From assembly GCA_963700635.1 (NCBI GenBank), contig CAVOYH010000001.1, forward strand, positions 320,001 to 384,000: a stretch of 64,000 bases of DNA, read 5' to 3'. Position numbers and translations under genes: made by a program. The notes beneath the pieces were generated by a model that ran no database searches, was not told where the DNA came from, and worked only from the letters and a program-made list of their open reading frames with translations. Positions within the stretch are counted from its first letter, which is position 1. Every line of letters starts with the position of its first letter. The DNA comes from an uncultured Bacteroidota bacterium. Its GTDB lineage: Bacteria; Bacteroidota; Ignavibacteria; UBA10030; UBA6906. Positions 59,791-64,000 of this stretch are shown in pieces.

Positions 59791-61191
59791 ATGAAAAGAG
59801 TTGGGGTTGGCCTGATTCTGGCCATCATCACCGTCACCGCATCCGGTCAGGAACGATTAACTCTTAATGCCGCCGTCCAGACCGCCTTGCAGCGAAACCA
59901 GACACTGCTCGGTGCGGTGCACGACAGGGATGCTTCACGATGGGGAAAATGGAATGCCGTGACGAATTTTCTGCCCAGGGTGGAACTCAGCGGAAGTCTG
60001 ACGCGGATCGACCCTTCGTCGGAACGCCAGGCAAACGCCGCGATCGATTTTATCAAGGGCGCCGCGGGTTCCCTTGGTATCCCGAACGAGGCACTTTCGG
60101 ACATTAAACCATTTGCATACCGTGACACGTACGCCGCCGACATTACTGTCGTCCAGCCCATCTACAACGGTGGTGCAGAGCTTGTCGGACTCTCTGCAGC
60201 GAATGCCCTCGAGGACAAAAGTGTCTCCGCACTTGAGGACACCGAGCAGGATGTTATTGCCCGGGCAAAAACAGCCTACTACGGTGTTTTGAAAGCCAAT
60301 GAACTGGTGGCTCTCGCCCGCGATGCCGTTGCGCGCACACGGCGCCACCTTGAACTCACCTCCCGCCGGGCCGCTGTTGGCATGCGTACCCGCACCGACA
60401 TCCTGCGGTGGGAAGTCCAGCTTGCATCCGATGAAGGGACGCTCATACAGGCGGAGAACGGGCTTGCCATCGCACGGCTGTCCCTGAACGAAGTCATGGG
60501 GGTAAATCTCCGTTCAGAGTTCGTTCTCGAGTCAGCCGCAATGGCTGATTCCGGAGGTTCACTCATCGCGGCCAGAACCGGGGATAATCTTCTTGTTTCG
60601 CTGGAGACATTGCCGCCGGAATCTAATGGTGCCGCCGAACTGCTCTCACATCACCCCTCGATGCGCATGATGGAGGCGAATCTCCGGCTGGCTGACGTCG
60701 GGATCGATCAGGCCTGGGTGAATTTTAAACCCCGCATCAATGTCGCATTCCAGTATGGATGGGAGAGAAACAATACGCTCAAACTCGACGGTATCACTCC
60801 CTGGGCGCTGGCCCTGCAGGTACGATTTCCCATCTTCAACAGCTTCGGAGACTACACGAATCTGCAAAAAGCGCATGCGGAATACTCCAGCGCGCAGAAC
60901 CAGGTGGAAGTGTTTCGACGCGGACTCGTGCTGCAGGCAACATATGCAGAACTGAACGTTCGTGCTGCCCAGAAACGTATTGACATCACCCGGAAGGCGG
61001 AACGCGAAGCCCGGGAGGTTCTGGACGCCGTCACCCTGCGGTATGAATCCGGCGGGGCATCAAACGTGGATGTGATTGATGTGCAAACCGCCTACACATC
61101 CGCCCGTGCAAATGCGATCACGGCGATGTACGATTACTACATCGCGAGTGTCCAGCAGGCGCGGGCCACGGGTACTGTCCGCCCGGGCTGA
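59791..61191 (+). CDS. TolC-family outer-membrane efflux protein
   Basis: Signal peptide, LTLNAAVQTALQRN, duplicated OEP repeats, RYESG...DVIDVQ. Confidence 0.92.
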   Translation: MKRVGVGLILAIITVTASGQERLTLNAAVQTALQRNQTLLGAVHDRDASRWGKWNAVTNFLPRVELSGSLTRIDPSSERQANAAIDFIKGAAGSLGIPNEALSDIKPFAYRDTYAADITVVQPIYNGGAELVGLSAANALEDKSVSALEDTEQDVIARAKTAYYGVLKANELVALARDAVARTRRHLELTSRRAAVGMRTRTDILRWEVQLASDEGTLIQAENGLAIARLSLNEVMGVNLRSEFVLESAAMADSGGSLIAARTGDNLLVSLETLPPESNGAAELLSHHPSMRMMEANLRLADVGIDQAWVNFKPRINVAFQYGWERNNTLKLDGITPWALALQVRFPIFNSFGDYTNLQKAHAEYSSAQNQVEVFRRGLVLQATYAELNVRAAQKRIDITRKAEREAREVLDAVTLRYESGGASNVDVIDVQTAYTSARANAITAMYDYYIASVQQARATGTVRPG

Positions 61192-61233
61192 AAAAATCCG
61201 ACAACCGATAACGAGAGACCCTAAGGAGCAAGT

Positions 61234-62337
61234 ATGAAACCCCGATCCCGTTTTTTGATCATCGTCGTCATAGGCCTGGTGCTTGTTGTTGCCGCCTTCA
61301 TGATGACCTCACAGCCGGGCCAGGCTGACGCTGCAAAGGCGCAGGCCAGCGCTACCCCTGTCGAACTCGCCGCTGCTGCCATTGCCGATATCGAGGAGAC
61401 CATCTCCGCGGTGGGCACCGTGGAAGCCATGCGCGATGTCATGGTCAGTTCAGAAACTGCAGGCCGCGTGATTGCCGTGAACGTGAACGTCGGCGATTTT
61501 GTCCGGAAGGGCCAGACACTCGTTCAGGTGGATGCGGAACTGAAAGAAGTGGCCGTGCAACAGGCCCGCGCCCAGCTTCTTGCCGCAAAAACAAACATGG
61601 AAAAGGCCAAAAAGGACTTTGAGCGAACCGAGACGCTGTTCGCCTCGGGCGATGTGGCAGACGTTGAACGCGAAGGATACCGGCTCGCGTATCATTCCGC
61701 CGAAGCGCAGTATCAGTCGGCGGTCGCCGGTGCCCGCTATGCCGGACGCCAGCTTGCGGACACCCGCATCGCCTCTCCCGTCAACGGTCTGGTTGCCTCC
61801 CGCCGTGTGGAAACGGGCGAAATGGTGACCCCGGGCCGCGACGTGGCAAATATCGTTGACATCGCCTCGGTGAAAGTAGGACTCAGCATTCCGGAGGACG
61901 ATGTTGTCAAACTGCGGGTGGGCCAGAAAACCACTGTGAAGATAGATGCCTATCCCGGCGAACAGTTCGAAGGGAAAGTCCATACGATAAGCGCAAAATC
62001 CGGGAGCCCGAACGGACATTCATACCCGGTGGAAATACTGATTCAGAACCGCCAGGCATCTCCCCTGAAAGTCGGGATGTTCGCCCGCGTTGATATCCGG
62101 GCCAGCGCGGCGAGCGGGGTTGTGACCATAGCCAAGGAAGCCCTGCTGGAAGAAAACGGAAAGACTTCCGTGTTCGTTGCAGAGAACGGGCTGGCGCGTT
62201 CCCGCCCGGTGAAAATCGGACTTCAGGGAGAAACACTCGTCCAGGTTCTGGATGGGATCCGGAAGGGTGATCTTGTTGTGACGTTCGGCCATAAAACGCT
62301 TAAAGATGGTGCCACCATCACGTTTAATGCACAGTAG
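61234..62337 (+). CDS. RND efflux periplasmic adaptor (MFP)
   Basis: VSSETAGRV..V..GDFVRKGQ.L lipoyl half, IASPVNGLV and LKVGMFARV motifs. Confidence 0.93.
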   Translation: MKPRSRFLIIVVIGLVLVVAAFMMTSQPGQADAAKAQASATPVELAAAAIADIEETISAVGTVEAMRDVMVSSETAGRVIAVNVNVGDFVRKGQTLVQVDAELKEVAVQQARAQLLAAKTNMEKAKKDFERTETLFASGDVADVEREGYRLAYHSAEAQYQSAVAGARYAGRQLADTRIASPVNGLVASRRVETGEMVTPGRDVANIVDIASVKVGLSIPEDDVVKLRVGQKTTVKIDAYPGEQFEGKVHTISAKSGSPNGHSYPVEILIQNRQASPLKVGMFARVDIRASAASGVVTIAKEALLEENGKTSVFVAENGLARSRPVKIGLQGETLVQVLDGIRKGDLVVTFGHKTLKDGATITFNAQ

Positions 62338-62358
62338 TCGGAAACGGATAAGAGAACA

Positions 62359-64000
62359 ATGAAACTCACGGAAATAGCAATACGACGCCCGGCGTTTATC
62401 ACCATGGTCTTTGTGGCCCTCGCCGTACTTGGTCTTTTCGGGTATTCCCGCATGGGGGTTGACCTGCTGCCAAAGATGGACTGGCCCTTCGTCTCGATCG
62501 TCACCATATACCCGGGTGCCGGCCCAAAAGAAGTCGAGTCCCTCGTATCCAGGCCGCTGGAAGAGGCCGTCAGCAGTGTGAACAAACTGGACAACGTCCG
62601 CTCGTATTCGTACGAAGGCGTCTCCGTTGTTCTGGCGCAATTCAATTTTAGCGCGGACGTGGATGCTGTAACCAACGATGTCCAGCGTGTCGTGGAGCAG
62701 GCGCGTTCAAAACTTCCCGACGATGCAAAAGCGCCGAAGATATCCAAGGCGGACATGAATGCGTTTCCCATTCTGCGGGTGTCGCTGACGGGCCAGATGC
62801 CTCCCCGGGAACTCTATCAATTCCTCAAGGACCGGCTGAAACCGCGTCTGGAGCAGGTTGATGGGGTGTCGGCAGTGACCATTACCGGTGGTGTGGAACG
62901 GGAAATCCGCGTTGAACTTGATAACCAGAAACTGAATGCATACGGCATTTCCGTCCTGCAGGTGTCACAGGCCCTCGGGCGCGAGAACCTGGACTTCCCG
63001 ACGGGCAAGATTGATGAGCGTCTGAACCAGTACATCGTGCGACTCTCGGGGAAGTTCCAGTCTCTGGACGACATCCGCGCTACGATCGTGGCTTCAACGC
63101 CGGCCGGAGTGGTGTACCTTCGTGATGTGGCCAACGTTGTGGATGGGTCGCGTGAGACGTTTACGCTGAGCCGCCTCAACGGTGAAACCTCGATCGCCAT
63201 TGCCATCCAGAAACAGTCGGACGCCAATTCGGTGAAGACCAGCGACCGTCTCCAGGCCACGTTCAAAGAGTTGGAAAAGGAGAACGGCGGACGGATCAGT
63301 TTCACCGTGGCGCAGGATCTGACCGAATTCACACGCAACTCTCTTTCCGAGGTGCAGCGGGATCTTTCGCTGGCCATTCTGATGGTCACCATCGTACTCT
63401 TTTTGTTTCTCCACAGCCCGAGGAATTCCCTGATCGTGCTTCTCTCCATTCCGACGTCGCTGATCACCACGTTCTTCTTCATGTGGATGTTCGATTATAC
63501 GCTGAACCTGATGTCGTTAATGGCGCTCGCCCTGGTGATCGGTATTCTGGTGGATGATTCGATCGTGGTCCTCGAAAACATCCACCGGCATCTCGAGCGG
63601 GGCGAAGATCCGGTCACGGCGGCGGTGAATGGACGGAGCGAAATCGGATTTGCGGCGATCGCCATCACGCTGGTGGACGTGGTCGTGTTTCTGCCGATTT
63701 CAATGGTTGGCGGCGTGGTCGGACGTATCTTCAGCGAGTTCGGTATCACCATCGTTGTTGCGACCCTGCTGTCTCTCTTTGTGTCATTCACCCTTACGCC
63801 GATGCTCGCATCAAAATGGTCGCGGTTAATCACCCATACGCGGGAATCGTGGATTGGCAGGTTTATCCTCTCGTTTGAGGCCTGGCAGGACGATATCGCC
63901 GAGGGCTATAAAAAGACTCTGGCCTGGGCGCTCGGTCACCGGAAGACCATCCTTGCTGTGAGCGGGGGTCTGCTCCTGGTGAGTCTCCTGTTCGTGCCGC
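62359..64000 (+). CDS. RND efflux permease (AcrB/HAE1 family), truncated by window end
   Basis: Not in the ORF track. It reads MKLTEIAIRRPAFITMVF...YPGAGPKEVESLVSRPLEEAV and contains the TM4 motif GILVDDSIVVLENI. Confidence 0.95.
   Translation, partial: MKLTEIAIRRPAFITMVFVALAVLGLFGYSRMGVDLLPKMDWPFVSIVTIYPGAGPKEVESLVSRPLEEAVSSVNKLDNVRSYSYEGVSVVLAQFNFSADVDAVTNDVQRVVEQARSKLPDDAKAPKISKADMNAFPILRVSLTGQMPPRELYQFLKDRLKPRLEQVDGVSAVTITGGVEREIRVELDNQKLNAYGISVLQVSQALGRENLDFPTGKIDERLNQYIVRLSGKFQSLDDIRATIVASTPAGVVYLRDVANVVDGSRETFTLSRLNGETSIAIAIQKQSDANSVKTSDRLQATFKELEKENGGRISFTVAQDLTEFTRNSLSEVQRDLSLAILMVTIVLFLFLHSPRNSLIVLLSIPTSLITTFFFMWMFDYTLNLMSLMALALVIGILVDDSIVVLENIHRHLERGEDPVTAAVNGRSEIGFAAIAITLVDVVVFLPISMVGGVVGRIFSEFGITIVVATLLSLFVSFTLTPMLASKWSRLITHTRESWIGRFILSFEAWQDDIAEGYKKTLAWALGHRKTILAVSGGLLLVSLLFVP

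Noticed and set aside
1-64000. CRISPR arrays, IS/prophage/integron elements, defence systems, tRNA and rRNA genes
   Set aside because: I saw no regularly spaced repeats, transposase or integrase motifs, or cloverleaf signatures. Intergenic gaps are short and explained by promoters and terminators. This was read by eye, so small RNAs could have been missed.

Overview
A 64 kb stretch of core chromosome from a moderately GC-rich FCB-group bacterium. The Ignavibacteria-like assignment is an inference from the T9SS PorV/PorQ-type barrel, a T9SS type-A CTD protein, GWxTD and DUF5723-like proteins, the single-subunit GlyRS, and E. coli-like TTGNNN-17-TANNNT promoters with Shine-Dalgarno sites. The genes are mostly housekeeping: hrcA-grpE-dnaJ-comEA-pilM-rsmD-coaD; icd; rpoN-hslVU; dprA; glmM; amrA/amrB; glyQS; rpmE-rsmB-kbl-mrp-nifU; korAB; prs-rplY-pth-rpsF-rpsR-rplI; thpR-recA-recX; an Fe-S D-lactate dehydrogenase; a two-component system; and a TetR-controlled RND efflux operon. 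I saw no tRNA, rRNA, CRISPR array or mobile element. Three conserved genes (epimerase, glmM, mrp) carry single-base frameshifts, probably assembly errors. There are two main candidates for an uncharacterised system. The first is a consensus sigma-54 promoter driving a 680-aa lipoprotein with about 130-aa internal repeats plus a FadL/PorV-like DUF5723-type barrel. The second is an HK/OmpR pair followed by phased direct repeats upstream of a small secreted protein and a tandem glycan-binding-domain protein that has no catalytic domain.
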